A stretch of 64,000 nucleotides of DNA from contig OZ244048.1 of assembly GCA_965215265.1 (NCBI GenBank), positions 4,544,001-4,608,000 on the forward strand. The letters run 5' to 3'. Positions 48,654 to 58,423 of the stretch are shown piece after piece. Position numbers and translations under genes: made by a program. Position 1 is the first letter of the stretch; every line of letters starts with the position of its first letter. The stretch is from Candidatus Poribacteria bacterium. Its GTDB lineage: Bacteria; Poribacteria; WGA-4E; WGA-3G. The notes under the pieces were generated by a model, which did not search any database, was not told where the DNA came from, and saw only the letters and a list, made by a program, of their open reading frames with translations.

Positions 48654-49298
48654 TTCACAAACCTCCTCCGTGACTTCCGGCTGCAAATACAACGCGGAGT
48701 CAAAATATAACGTATTCTCTTCCGTTATCACCCGCCGCAGGAACGCACGAAACTGTTTCTGCGACGACGCAAACAGCAGCAACCAATAATTCGGCTCAAC
48801 CACCTCCACTTCATTGCAAACCAACAGATGCACCGGCACGCCATCCATCAACCGATAATGCCCTGCCGCCAATGGCTCCCACGGCTCCCCAAAAGGCGGA
48901 CGGGAGAGCAGTGCCCGCGGCTTCCGAGACGACACTATCGTCAAGGTAACCTCCGTGTCTGGCACCTTATGCGCTGCGAGATAACCACGCGCACGCATAC
49001 AAATCCGGTGATACGCCGAGGCATTCAACGGATCGTTCTGCCCTTTGAATTCGAACAGATTATACGTCCGTAAGTAAGAGAGCAGCGGGTGCGCACGCAC
49101 TCTCGTGCGTGCCGCCGCGCTTTCGAGGAGAGCGAGTGCATCTATACGCTGCGGCAACCGGTTGACTTCTATCTCTGTCTGGATAGAGGCACCCAGCCCA
49201 GAGAACAGCAGGGCGAGGAACTCTTTGAAGAAAGGGTCCCAAAACTGCCGTTTGCTTTGTGTTTGTTTGGATGTCTCTGGTGCCGTAGTTTGCCTCAT
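48375..49298 (-). CDS. PD-(D/E)xK nuclease-fold protein (Rpn-like), paralog of 8128..9348
   Basis: TEIEV...RIDALAL...NLFEFKG, the shared VHLLVCNE motif, and C-terminal LSxxER repeats. Confidence 0.75.
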   Translation of the reverse strand: MRQTTAPETSKQTQSKRQFWDPFFKEFLALLFSGLGASIQTEIEVNRLPQRIDALALLESAAARTRVRAHPLLSYLRTYNLFEFKGQNDPLNASAYHRICMRARGYLAAHKVPDTEVTLTIVSSRKPRALLSRPPFGEPWEPLAAGHYRLMDGVPVHLLVCNEVEVVEPNYWLLLFASSQKQFRAFLRRVITEENTLYFDSALYLQPEVTEEVCEMEGRQDFFQSRLREVATTLGPKLLSALTSEERADMLSRLSPQERTDMLARLSADERVKGLTPDERLAGLHLSPALRAELVRQLEAADNHTDT

Positions 49299-49331
49299 CT
49301 ATCTGCTTAGGTGCTCCACTTCTCATAATAA

Positions 49332-49361
49332 AGTATAGCAGCTTCTCTGTTATTTTGTCAA
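49332..49361 (-). promoter_or_regulatory. Sigma70-type promoter of the second Rpn-like gene
   Basis: TTGACA-N18-TATACT with extended -10 TG. Confidence 0.8.
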
Positions 49362-49413
49362 GGCAGTCTCCAGATTTCGCTTCTCAAGGCGGCCTCGGTG
49401 CTTCTCTGAAAAC

Positions 49414-49458
49414 AAAAAAAACCAGGGGCAGCCATGTGAGGGTGGCTGCCCCTGGTTT
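49414..49458 (-). terminator. Intrinsic terminator of the Ig/LRR gene
   Basis: Stem CCAGGGGCAGCCA/TGGCTGCCCCTGG followed by a T8 tract on the minus strand. Confidence 0.85.
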
Positions 49459-49508
49459 AGGTTAGGTTAACTTAGATTTCACTGAGTTTATTCTTCCGAG
49501 TTAAGTTG

Positions 49509-51153
49509 TTAATTTGCCAGAGGCGAGATATCCGACACTTGCGTATCACTGAGATCCAGCACTCTCAAGTTCGTGAGGTTTGCCAGCGGCGTGACATCCG
49601 ACACTGGCGTACCCCCAAGATCCAACTCTTCCAAGTTGGTGGCGTATTCAAGTCCAGTCAGATTTCTAACGTCTGAGCCACTTAAATCTAGGCTTGTCAA
49701 GCCGAGCATATGTACCGAGGTCACAGCCGTCCCCGCGGAGATGTCGAGTGTCTCCTTGATTGCCGCAAGGAGCGTCTCATCCGGAATATTCACCTCGACG
49801 CTTGTATTTACAGGCACCGTCAGCGTATTCGAGGCACGGCTCAGGTTGCCCACTATGTCCATTGTGGCATCCGCTGGCACCGTTATTTCCACATCTCCGT
49901 CAAAAGCAGACGGCGGCGTGATAGTCGCTCTGTAGACTTTGAAGGCGGAACTATGTTTCACCAACCCCAGATCATCATTCGCCGGCGCAGAACCGGGATC
50001 CCGATGGTCTAAGCCGATTAACATCGGGGCTGAAACCTGCCAATCAGCCGTGGTGGTGCCTAGTGTCACCGCGGTGTCATCTACCTTGAGCGTGATGTCC
50101 GTCGCCTCGAAGCCTCGCGTGGTATCTGCAATCACACCATCAGCGTCATTTCCAATCCCATAATTGTAGAATAGGAATTCCACATCAAAGGACTCTGTCT
50201 GAGTGTCAGGTTCGGTAACAGGCGGATTGGGCTCTGCCGCTTCAAACGGTGCAAAATTCACATAGGCGGTGCGGTAACCCGTCTCAACATCATGAGTATC
50301 ATCCTTGATCAGGCCGTGGATCCTCACGCTCGCCCGGATAGTATCTATGAGATAGTTAAGACCGTCATGATCAGAAGGGGTCGGCAGCGGATGACTCCGG
50401 TCGTAAAAAATCTGCATCTTGTCATAGTAGATCCTCACATTACTCTGGTCAGTTTTCCACTTATCAGTATTGCCGGTGTTCTCGACGGGGTTCTCGACGG
50501 TAGCAGCTTTATCTATGATGAAATTATTTGCATCGTCAGAATAGGGATCCGGAGTGCGATCTATAACAACGCCATCGCCGAAAACGTCATCACCGTCTTG
50601 CACCTCGTATCTGAAATATACGACTTTATTATCGGTTCGCGCACCGGTCCTTACTGAATCATAGACGGCAGCTAGCTCAGTAGTGCCATCGGGGCGGGTG
50701 GTCTCACCGTCCATATCTAGCGCCAGGGCCGGCAGAGCGGACGTTCCATCGTGCTGGACTTTGACATCTATATCAAATGTCAACTTAAAAACGATTTCAT
50801 CTGTACTACCGAAAAATTTAACCGCTAGGCCCGTGGTGGGGTTGGAGTACCCCGGAGCAGTAAGAATGCCCGATGTATGGTTTGCTAGTAGATTCTTCCT
50901 AAAATTTCCACCCCGCTCCCAATCTGCAATTAACCGTGACCTGCTGTCCGCATAGAGCGAATCGCCTGTATGTGGACCTTCACTCTCTATCTCAACCGAC
51001 TCTAACATCGGTTTATCTGCCTGCACGGTAGCCATCGGTGCGGCTAACATCGCAATCCCGGCTATCGAAATTACAGATGAGATAAATCCGCCACTCAACA
51101 CGCAAATAAAACACTTAACATATAGAAGGGGGGGGGTGCATTCTTCTCTTCAT
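49509..51153 (-). CDS. Secreted protein with Ig-like region and C-terminal internalin-type LRRs; frameshifted at a C9 tract (candidate phase variation)
   Basis: AAGGAG then ATG at 51153, C9 at 51136-51128, and an open frame 51101..49509 with VNIPD..L.AAI...L and LTGLEYATNLEELDL..T.VSD.TPLANLTNL repeats. Confidence 0.75.
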
Positions 51154-51644
51154 CTTATCTAACTCCTTGTTATTCTTTATCCCGTGATGGAATAAACTTT
51201 ATAGTCTTCTGACTAAGTTATAGAACCCAAAAAAAAACACTTTAGCTATATTATACCATAAAACAAAACGCGAAAAAAAAGCCGACTTTTTTCTCTTATA
51301 TCTATCATGATACCCGCAATCTGAGAAAATTCAATTCTTTTTTTTCGAATTCCTGAAATTGAGCCTTGTATCTATTTGCAGACGAATTTAGACACAGGGC
51401 TCCAAACGACTTCGTCACACTTATAGAAACGTTATGGGTTGTAAAAGGGTTACAATACAAAAAATGTCAATCCATTTTACGGATGTTGCCTCAAACGGTT
51501 TCGGCAACTCACTTTGTAAAGTTAATTATACCTGCAATCTAAAAGAAATGTCCACTCTTTTGCTCTTATATACTTAAGTATACCACTACCTACACTTGTT
51601 GGGGGATGGAAATATCAACCCGCTTTCCGATCTTTGTTGTGCAC

Positions 51645-52754
51645 TCAGTATGCCGCTTCGTAAAGGCTTACAAAGTCTTGCGTCTCTAGCGGATGTGGGT
51701 TAAATTGTGCGGTCCACTGCGCCGCGGCTTCTGCCGCCAATGGCGGTATTTGGCACGCTGGGATGTTAAAATCTCGCAGTCTCGACGGCAATTCGGCACG
51801 CTGTTTGAATTTGACAATGCACGCTGCTAAATCTCCGTCTGGATATAATTGGCTATACAATTCTCCTACACTCTTGCTATTGTATAGAATAACATGTGGT
51901 AACATCAATCCGACAGCGAGTCCGTGTGTGATACCGTAGTTTGCTGTCAATGGGTTTGCGCAGGCGTGTGCGGCCCCCAGCATCGAATGTTCAATGGCAG
52001 CCCCTGCGAGATAGGCACCGAATAACATGTTGCCGCGTGCCAGGTGCGGTGTTGCTCTAAGGCTCTGCTCAAAATTTGCTGCTAATACCTGCCATGCACG
52101 TTCGCCGAACATCTGTGACATCGGATTGCGTTTTGTAGAAACGAAGCTTTCTATCGCATGCGCAATTGCATCAATCCCGGTAGCAGCTGCAACTGATTTT
52201 GGTAAACTTGCAGTGAGAGTCGGATCGAGAATTACGACGTTGAATATCGCCTTTTTGTCACCACACGCCATCTTGATGTGCGTTTCTGCTTGGGCTATCA
52301 GTGCGAAGGATTGCGCCTCGCTTCCTGTACCCGTCGTCGTCGGAATCCCAATAGACGGGAGCATCGGCTGAGTTGCTCTGTTTACACCCCAGTAGTCCTC
52401 CATCTTTCCCCCATTTGTGAGCAAAAAGTTGACTCCTTTCGCGCAATCCATCGCGCTGCCACCGCCGAGCCCAATAATGAGCTCTATCGGTGCGTTCGTT
52501 CTCGCAAATGCTACTGCAGCTTCAACATGCTGCGTTGTCGGATTCGGTGCAACCTGAGAAAAAACGGAGACACGAACGCTCGCTGTCTCCAACACATCTA
52601 TTGCCCGTGCCGCGATGCCTGCCTGAACGATGCCAGCGTCCGTTACGAGCAGCACCCGCTTGATCCCGAAGTCCTCTGTCAATTCTGGGAGTTTCTCTAA
52701 CGTATTTTCGCCAAAAATCACGCGCTGTGTGAACTCAGAATCAAACGCTTCCAT
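51645..52754 (-). CDS. Iron-containing alcohol dehydrogenase family protein
   Basis: GLGGGSAMDCAK, IPTTTGTGSE, DAIAHAIES, H and HGLA motifs. Confidence 0.93.
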   Translation of the reverse strand: MEAFDSEFTQRVIFGENTLEKLPELTEDFGIKRVLLVTDAGIVQAGIAARAIDVLETASVRVSVFSQVAPNPTTQHVEAAVAFARTNAPIELIIGLGGGSAMDCAKGVNFLLTNGGKMEDYWGVNRATQPMLPSIGIPTTTGTGSEAQSFALIAQAETHIKMACGDKKAIFNVVILDPTLTASLPKSVAAATGIDAIAHAIESFVSTKRNPMSQMFGERAWQVLAANFEQSLRATPHLARGNMLFGAYLAGAAIEHSMLGAAHACANPLTANYGITHGLAVGLMLPHVILYNSKSVGELYSQLYPDGDLAACIVKFKQRAELPSRLRDFNIPACQIPPLAAEAAAQWTAQFNPHPLETQDFVSLYEAAY

Positions 52755-52885
52755 CTTACGACCACCGTTTTACAAAACATTCTCCGATTGAGAGAGAGTT
52801 TTTGATTCTTTCATGCTTTTGAAAAAAATCACCGCGACCCCTTCAGAAATAGCCATCAGTTATACAAAAGTTGAGTGCGGTTAAA

Positions 52886-55828
52886 CTAATTACGTGCTTC
52901 AGGTATAACCGTGAACGTCACCCGGTTTCCATCCCGTAACACGATGACCTGAATCGGTTCTCCAATTTTCACTGCATCTAGGGCGTAGGTATAATCGTAG
53001 ATGTTGGCAATCTGTTGCCCACCAAATTCAACGATGATATCTCCGCCTTTTAAGCCTGCTTTATCAGCCGGCCCTCCTGCGCGGACACCTGAGAGTTTGA
53101 CACCTGCAATTTCAGTGGTATAGTCCGGAATCGTACCTAAATAGGCACGCAGCGTATCCCGAGAACCCCCACCACCTTGGCTCCGCTCGACTTCCTGATA
53201 GTCGAGACGTTCCGGTGCAGCCGCCACGTCTAAAATGAGGCCATGTCCCAACTGAACCAGGCGCGCCATGCCCTCATAATTGAGAGTTGCCGGGTCATCG
53301 GTTGGACGGTTGTAATCCTCATGGGCACCCGTGAAGAAATTCAGTACCGGTATCTTCTTTGGATAGAAGGCTGTCACATCCGTCGGTAGGTAAGGATCAG
53401 CTTGTAGCGTCAAGTTAAAACCGACTGGCACATTCCGTTTCTCAATCAGGGCAGGCCAACCCGACGAAGAACCGACACCTTGAAGTATCAACTTATTCTC
53501 GCGTAGTCTGCCTACCATATCAAAATTGATGTAGGCTCCAACTTTCTCTAATGGGATGCCCCCATGTTCAACGAAATAGGAGGAGCCGATCAGCCCCAAT
53601 TCTTCACCTGACCAGAGTGTGAACAGAACGCCTCTTTTAAGCTGATCACGTGATTCATTGAGCAGGGCAGCCAGCTCCAAAACAACAGCAGTACCGGAGG
53701 CGTTATCATCTGCACCGTTGTGAATCTGTCCCTCCTCGCCTTTCCGGGCTAGCGAACCGGTTTCACCGTAGCCGATGTGGTCGTAGTGTGCACCCACAAT
53801 GACGTACTCTGTTTCATCGTTAGCTTCCACTGCCGGAAGCAAGGCGACCACGTTCCTATCCTTTTTCTTTACCTTCTCAATAGAAACCGTGATTTTGACC
53901 TTCACATCTGGAAGCGCAAATTGTCCGACAAAGTGTGGATTTTCCTGATCGAGCTCGGATTGGATCGCTTTTAATTCTTTCCCCGAAGGTGCGAAGAGCT
54001 CTTTTGCTACAGTATTAGTAATCGATGCAGCGACAATCCCTGAATCGGCCAGGCTGCTATCAAACTTCAGGGGAATGAGTTCACCGGCGTTAGGAGAATT
54101 CGGACCAGCAACCACCAGAAACGCCTTTGCGCCATGTTCGCGTGCCTGCATCGCCTTATAACGTAAACCTGCATAACGATTCAGTTGCTGCCGGCGCTCA
54201 GATGAGACATCTTCTGGGACATAACGCAGGGCAACAACTATTTTGTCTTTCACGTCTATGCCAGCATACGCGTCGTATCCTTCGCCTATTTTTCCAGGAA
54301 CCGAGAACCCGTATCCGACAAACACAACCTCACCCTCAACCACACCGTTGCGTGAGAAGGAGAGCGGCACAAAATGTGTTTCTACATCGAATTCTGTCAC
54401 GGTTTCGGCATCTCCGCCACGTTTTGTTATCAAAAACCGGTTTTCATTCGGAATAATCTTCCTGCCGGCAGTGTATTCAAATGTCTGAAAGTAGCTTCCT
54501 GCATCACCGTAAGGTTTCAGGTTAAGCTGCTTGAACTGTGCAGCGATATAATCTGCTGCTTGTTTGGCCCCCTCGGAGCCGGTCATCCTGCCTTCAAGTG
54601 CATCGGAAGCGAGAAATTCGACGTGCTTTTGAATGTTAAGCTTCGCATCTCGTGCGGGCCCTGGTTTACTTAGATCTGCTTTTGGCTTTTGAGTTTCGGG
54701 TGCTGCTGCAAGTGCTGCTAAGGCTGCTTCGTGATTCCACTCAGCGAGATAGAGTTGTGAGATGCCTTGGCTGTTCCGATTGGATGTCCAGCACAACTTG
54801 TTCCCATCAGGCGAGAAAACCGGGAGCCCATCAAAGCCATCTTTATATGTCACGCGAATCGGTTCGTGTCGGCCTGCAGCATCAACGAGGTACAACTCAA
54901 AGTTGGAAAAACCTAATTTATTTGAGGCAAAAATTACGTAATTTCCAGAGGGGTGGAAATAGGGTGCCCAAGACATGCTGTCAAAGTCAGTGAGCCGTCG
55001 CACGCCGGTACCGTCCAGCCGCATCGTGTAGATATCCGCCTCGCTGCCATCCGCTGTGAAATGCCGCCACACGATGTGCTGACCGTCCGGGGTAAAGAAC
55101 GGACCGCCGTCGTAACCCGGCCAATCCGTCAGACGTTGCTGATCCGAACCGTCTGCGTTCATTAGGTAAATCTCCCCGAAATACGCTGGATCTATTTCTA
55201 ACTGTTTCAATTCCTTCGGTGTCAGCTGGCTTTTCGGATAGGCATGACGCAGTGAGCAGAAAACGATACGTTTGCCATCCGGAGAATAGGATGCCTCTGC
55301 ATCGTAGCCTGGTGCAGTTGTCAGCTGCTTGAGGTCGCTGCCATTACGATTTGCAGAGAAGATATCCATCGCTTCATCGTAATCCCAACTGTAACGCCGC
55401 GTTTTCCCAGAGCTCCGGAACGCCAATTCCTCTTCCTGCTTCGCCGTTGCAAATCTATCGTGATGCGTTGAGGCGTAAAGCACCTCCTCACTGCCGGGGC
55501 GAAAGAATGCGCACGTTGTTTTTCCGTATCCAGGTGAGACGCGATGCGTAGCACCGCTCAACAAATCTAACAGATAAATTTGATAGAACGGATTATCCGG
55601 TTCGCGTTCGCTCTGGAAAATCAGCGAATTGCCGTCTTGTGAAAAATAACCCTCGCCGGCACGTTTGCCTGCATAAGTCAACTGCCGGATGTTGCTGAGC
55701 AAGTTTGACTCTTCGGCATGCACGTTCGCATCTTTACTTAGAAATGCTGCAGCACACATCGCACACAAAAAAAATATCCACGTATTTGGGCCGGTCGTCC
55801 GGCCCGTCATTCCGCTCACGAATCGCAT
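52886..55828 (-). CDS. M28 family aminopeptidase with PD40 propeller, PA and PDZ domains
   Basis: PD40 repeats, LASDALEGR, GAHYDH, NGADDNASG, SGEELGL, NFDMVGR, HEDY, and a C-terminal PDZ (GPA.KAGL..GD.I). Confidence 0.93.
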   Translation of the reverse strand: MRFVSGMTGRTTGPNTWIFFLCAMCAAAFLSKDANVHAEESNLLSNIRQLTYAGKRAGEGYFSQDGNSLIFQSEREPDNPFYQIYLLDLLSGATHRVSPGYGKTTCAFFRPGSEEVLYASTHHDRFATAKQEEELAFRSSGKTRRYSWDYDEAMDIFSANRNGSDLKQLTTAPGYDAEASYSPDGKRIVFCSLRHAYPKSQLTPKELKQLEIDPAYFGEIYLMNADGSDQQRLTDWPGYDGGPFFTPDGQHIVWRHFTADGSEADIYTMRLDGTGVRRLTDFDSMSWAPYFHPSGNYVIFASNKLGFSNFELYLVDAAGRHEPIRVTYKDGFDGLPVFSPDGNKLCWTSNRNSQGISQLYLAEWNHEAALAALAAAPETQKPKADLSKPGPARDAKLNIQKHVEFLASDALEGRMTGSEGAKQAADYIAAQFKQLNLKPYGDAGSYFQTFEYTAGRKIIPNENRFLITKRGGDAETVTEFDVETHFVPLSFSRNGVVEGEVVFVGYGFSVPGKIGEGYDAYAGIDVKDKIVVALRYVPEDVSSERRQQLNRYAGLRYKAMQAREHGAKAFLVVAGPNSPNAGELIPLKFDSSLADSGIVAASITNTVAKELFAPSGKELKAIQSELDQENPHFVGQFALPDVKVKITVSIEKVKKKDRNVVALLPAVEANDETEYVIVGAHYDHIGYGETGSLARKGEEGQIHNGADDNASGTAVVLELAALLNESRDQLKRGVLFTLWSGEELGLIGSSYFVEHGGIPLEKVGAYINFDMVGRLRENKLILQGVGSSSGWPALIEKRNVPVGFNLTLQADPYLPTDVTAFYPKKIPVLNFFTGAHEDYNRPTDDPATLNYEGMARLVQLGHGLILDVAAAPERLDYQEVERSQGGGGSRDTLRAYLGTIPDYTTEIAGVKLSGVRAGGPADKAGLKGGDIIVEFGGQQIANIYDYTYALDAVKIGEPIQVIVLRDGNRVTFTVIPEARN

Positions 55829-55856
55829 GTTCTAGCTCCTCTTGTAGTTCTTCATG

Positions 55857-56708
55857 CTACAGGTACTCCGCTGCCATCTCTTTGAGGAACGCCAGCCCGT
55901 CTGTTGCGAGGCTCTCCGCACTGGGGGCGATGTCGCGCCAAATGCATGTGGCGGCGGCAATCTCTTTGACAGCCGGGGTAAACGACTCAATGACTAACCA
56001 CCTATCATAATTAAGGCTGCCAAGTGCACCAAAAACCTCTGGCCAATTCACCAGCCCTGTGCCGGGGGTGCCCCGGTCGTTTTCACAGCAATGGACGTGA
56101 TGCAGAAAATCGCCTGTTTCTTGTATCGCCTTCCCTTGATTCTTTTCCTCAATGTTCATGTGGAACGTATCGAGATGTACTTTAAAGTACGGGCTTTTAA
56201 CCGCCTCTGCGAGTTTGACTGCATCTTCGGCAATATTGACAAAGTAAGTTTCAAACCGGTTGAGCGGTTCACTGGCAAGCGTTACGCCATGTTTGCCTGC
56301 AAATTCAGAGACTTCTTGCAGACCTGCAACGCACCAATCCCACTCCTGCTGGTTTCTTGCGCGTCCGACCAGTTTTCCGACTGCACTATACATAGGTCCA
56401 ACGTATGTATCGCCGCCTAACTCTGCAATAATTTCAATTGCACGTTTTAGGTAAACTTTCGCATTTTCGCGAATCGCCGGGTCTTCGTCTATTGGGTTTC
56501 TATCGGGGCTCATGATATTGCAGCCGATCGCTTGCAGTCCTGTCTGTTTGAGAACTGCTTGCGTATACGGAATATCGACGGTTTCCGGGTCAAAAATTGG
56601 AATTTCAACGCCATCAAACCCCATTTCGGCGACTTTCGGAATCAGTTCCACCGTTTCCCGGTCAAACTTATCCGCCCAGAGTAGTAAATTAACACCAAAT
56701 TTTGGCAT
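55857..56708 (-). CDS. Sugar epimerase, D-psicose/D-tagatose 3-epimerase family
   Basis: GFDGVEIP, EPLNRFE, LDTFHMNIEE, ENDRG.PG.G and IESF motifs. Confidence 0.88.
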   Translation of the reverse strand: MPKFGVNLLLWADKFDRETVELIPKVAEMGFDGVEIPIFDPETVDIPYTQAVLKQTGLQAIGCNIMSPDRNPIDEDPAIRENAKVYLKRAIEIIAELGGDTYVGPMYSAVGKLVGRARNQQEWDWCVAGLQEVSEFAGKHGVTLASEPLNRFETYFVNIAEDAVKLAEAVKSPYFKVHLDTFHMNIEEKNQGKAIQETGDFLHHVHCCENDRGTPGTGLVNWPEVFGALGSLNYDRWLVIESFTPAVKEIAAATCIWRDIAPSAESLATDGLAFLKEMAAEYL

Positions 56709-56878
56709 TCTTTTTCGTGCTCCTTATTGAGTCTTTTACTTCACTTAATGTAATATAGCATAAATCGCGAAGGATTTCAAGGGTATTTGGCCCTCTTTTT
56801 CTGTTCCGAGATTTTAAAGGGCATACTCTCAAAAGATAAGGAAGGTACTGTTCGTGTGCTTGTGTTGTATCTGTATCG

Positions 56879-58195
56879 CTATTTGTTAGTCGAGGCAAAT
56901 AGGTATTTCCGTGACAATACTGTCAGGGATACGCCGCGTGCGATGAGGAGCACGGTCAGCGCTCCCCACAGCCCATGATTCCCGAACGGGCTCAACAGAT
57001 AAACAGCACCTAAGAAGAGCAGCGTTGAGAGGATAACTGAATTTCGTAAAGCTTTAGACGCAGTGGCCCCGAGGAAAATGCCATCCCAAATGTAGGCGGC
57101 GACGTTGATGACCGGTGCAACAACAATCCAAAACAGATAAGGTTTCGCTCGCGTCACCAACTCGGTTTGCGTCGTGAAAGACCTGAGTAAAGGTTCCGCA
57201 AACAGACCAAAAAGCAACATTAAGCACAACCCGAATAGAAATGCCCAGGAGAAGACCGTGCGTGTTGTCCGTTTCAAGTTCTGCATATCGCGCGCCCCTT
57301 TGTACTTGCCGACGAGGCTCTCCGCAGCGAAAGCGAAACCGTCAATTGCATAGGACATAAGATTAATAAATTGAAGCAGGATCGTGTTAATTGCTAACAC
57401 AGTATCACTCAAGCCAGCAGATTTGGCGGTGAAAAAAGCGTGACTAAAAACGAGACAACTCGTGCGGATGAAGATGTCGCTGCTAATGTATACGAATCTC
57501 TTAAGTTTAGACGGTGCGAGAACAGCGCGCAGGTCTGCCCCGCTAACGAGGCTCCAATAACGCGTAAAAAATAGAATAACTGCCAAGAGTAGGCCGATAT
57601 ACTGTGCGATGACGGTTGCCAAAGCGATGCCATCTATGTCCATACCGAAGAATTTAATAAACAGTAGATTCAGTCCTATGTTCACGCAGTTAACGAGAAT
57701 CGTTAATAGCATCGGATAGTGTGCATTCTGTAAACCCAAAAAAACGCCGTGGAACGCGTGTAGGCAAAGTGTCGCAGGGGCGGCAGCGATGCGGATGTGA
57801 AAATAGACACGAGCCAGCCGTTCAACTTCCGTGCTGGCATCAATCAAGGCGAAACTGATATCCGCAAATAAGCGTTGAAGAACGAGCAGCAGAATGCTGC
57901 CTGTTAGTGCGATGAGAAGCCCTCGCATCAGTAAATGTCCGCACTCCGGTTTATCTTTTTTCCCGAATGCTTGGGCAACGAGTCCTGTCATCGCCATTCT
58001 CAGGAACCCAAAGCCCCAATAGATAAAACTGAAGATAACGCCCCCGATGCCGACAGCACCGAGGTAGTATTCGGAACCCAACCGCCCCATCAGTGCTGTG
58101 TCAACAGCACCCAAGAGAGGTATAGAGAAATTGCTAAGGATATTTGGAATCGCGAGACGGACAATCTGCTTATTGAGACTTTCAGGTTTGTGCAT
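56879..58195 (-). CDS. MATE family efflux transporter (DinF-like)
   Basis: LAIPNILSN.S.PLLGAVDTA, GFLRM..TG..AQA.G and DGFA.AAE.LVG motifs. Confidence 0.9.
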   Translation of the reverse strand: MHKPESLNKQIVRLAIPNILSNFSIPLLGAVDTALMGRLGSEYYLGAVGIGGVIFSFIYWGFGFLRMAMTGLVAQAFGKKDKPECGHLLMRGLLIALTGSILLLVLQRLFADISFALIDASTEVERLARVYFHIRIAAAPATLCLHAFHGVFLGLQNAHYPMLLTILVNCVNIGLNLLFIKFFGMDIDGIALATVIAQYIGLLLAVILFFTRYWSLVSGADLRAVLAPSKLKRFVYISSDIFIRTSCLVFSHAFFTAKSAGLSDTVLAINTILLQFINLMSYAIDGFAFAAESLVGKYKGARDMQNLKRTTRTVFSWAFLFGLCLMLLFGLFAEPLLRSFTTQTELVTRAKPYLFWIVVAPVINVAAYIWDGIFLGATASKALRNSVILSTLLFLGAVYLLSPFGNHGLWGALTVLLIARGVSLTVLSRKYLFASTNK

Positions 58196-58385
58196 CGGTT
58201 TTTCCGTTCGGTTGTGTTCTATTTCTGTTACGCACAATTTACCTGAAATGCCGATGAAACGCAAGCAGGGCTATTTAGTTTTCGGTTTCTCGAAACAGCC
58301 CGGGAAAATACCAATGCTAAAAAACTACAAACGAAGCTGTGCTGAAGAAAATTCTTAGATTCTGAAACCAACTATAAAAATTCTT

Positions 58386-58414
58386 TTGCAATTTCGGGTA
58401 AAATTCGCTATACT
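58386..58414 (+). promoter_or_regulatory. Sigma70-type promoter of the lipid A acyltransferase/lpt cluster
   Basis: TTGCAA-N17-TATACT, 9 nt before the ATG. Confidence 0.6.
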
Positions 58415-58423
58415 ATTATAACA

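Noticed and set aside
49060-49326. 88-aa ORF starting right after the -10 of the second Rpn-like gene
   Set aside because: It overlaps the nuclease gene out of frame, has no recognisable features and has no counterpart at the first paralog. It cannot be fully excluded as a leader.
49461-49512. Integron attC site (GTTAGGT core)
   Set aside because: Too short, no properly paired R and L boxes, and no integrase in the window.
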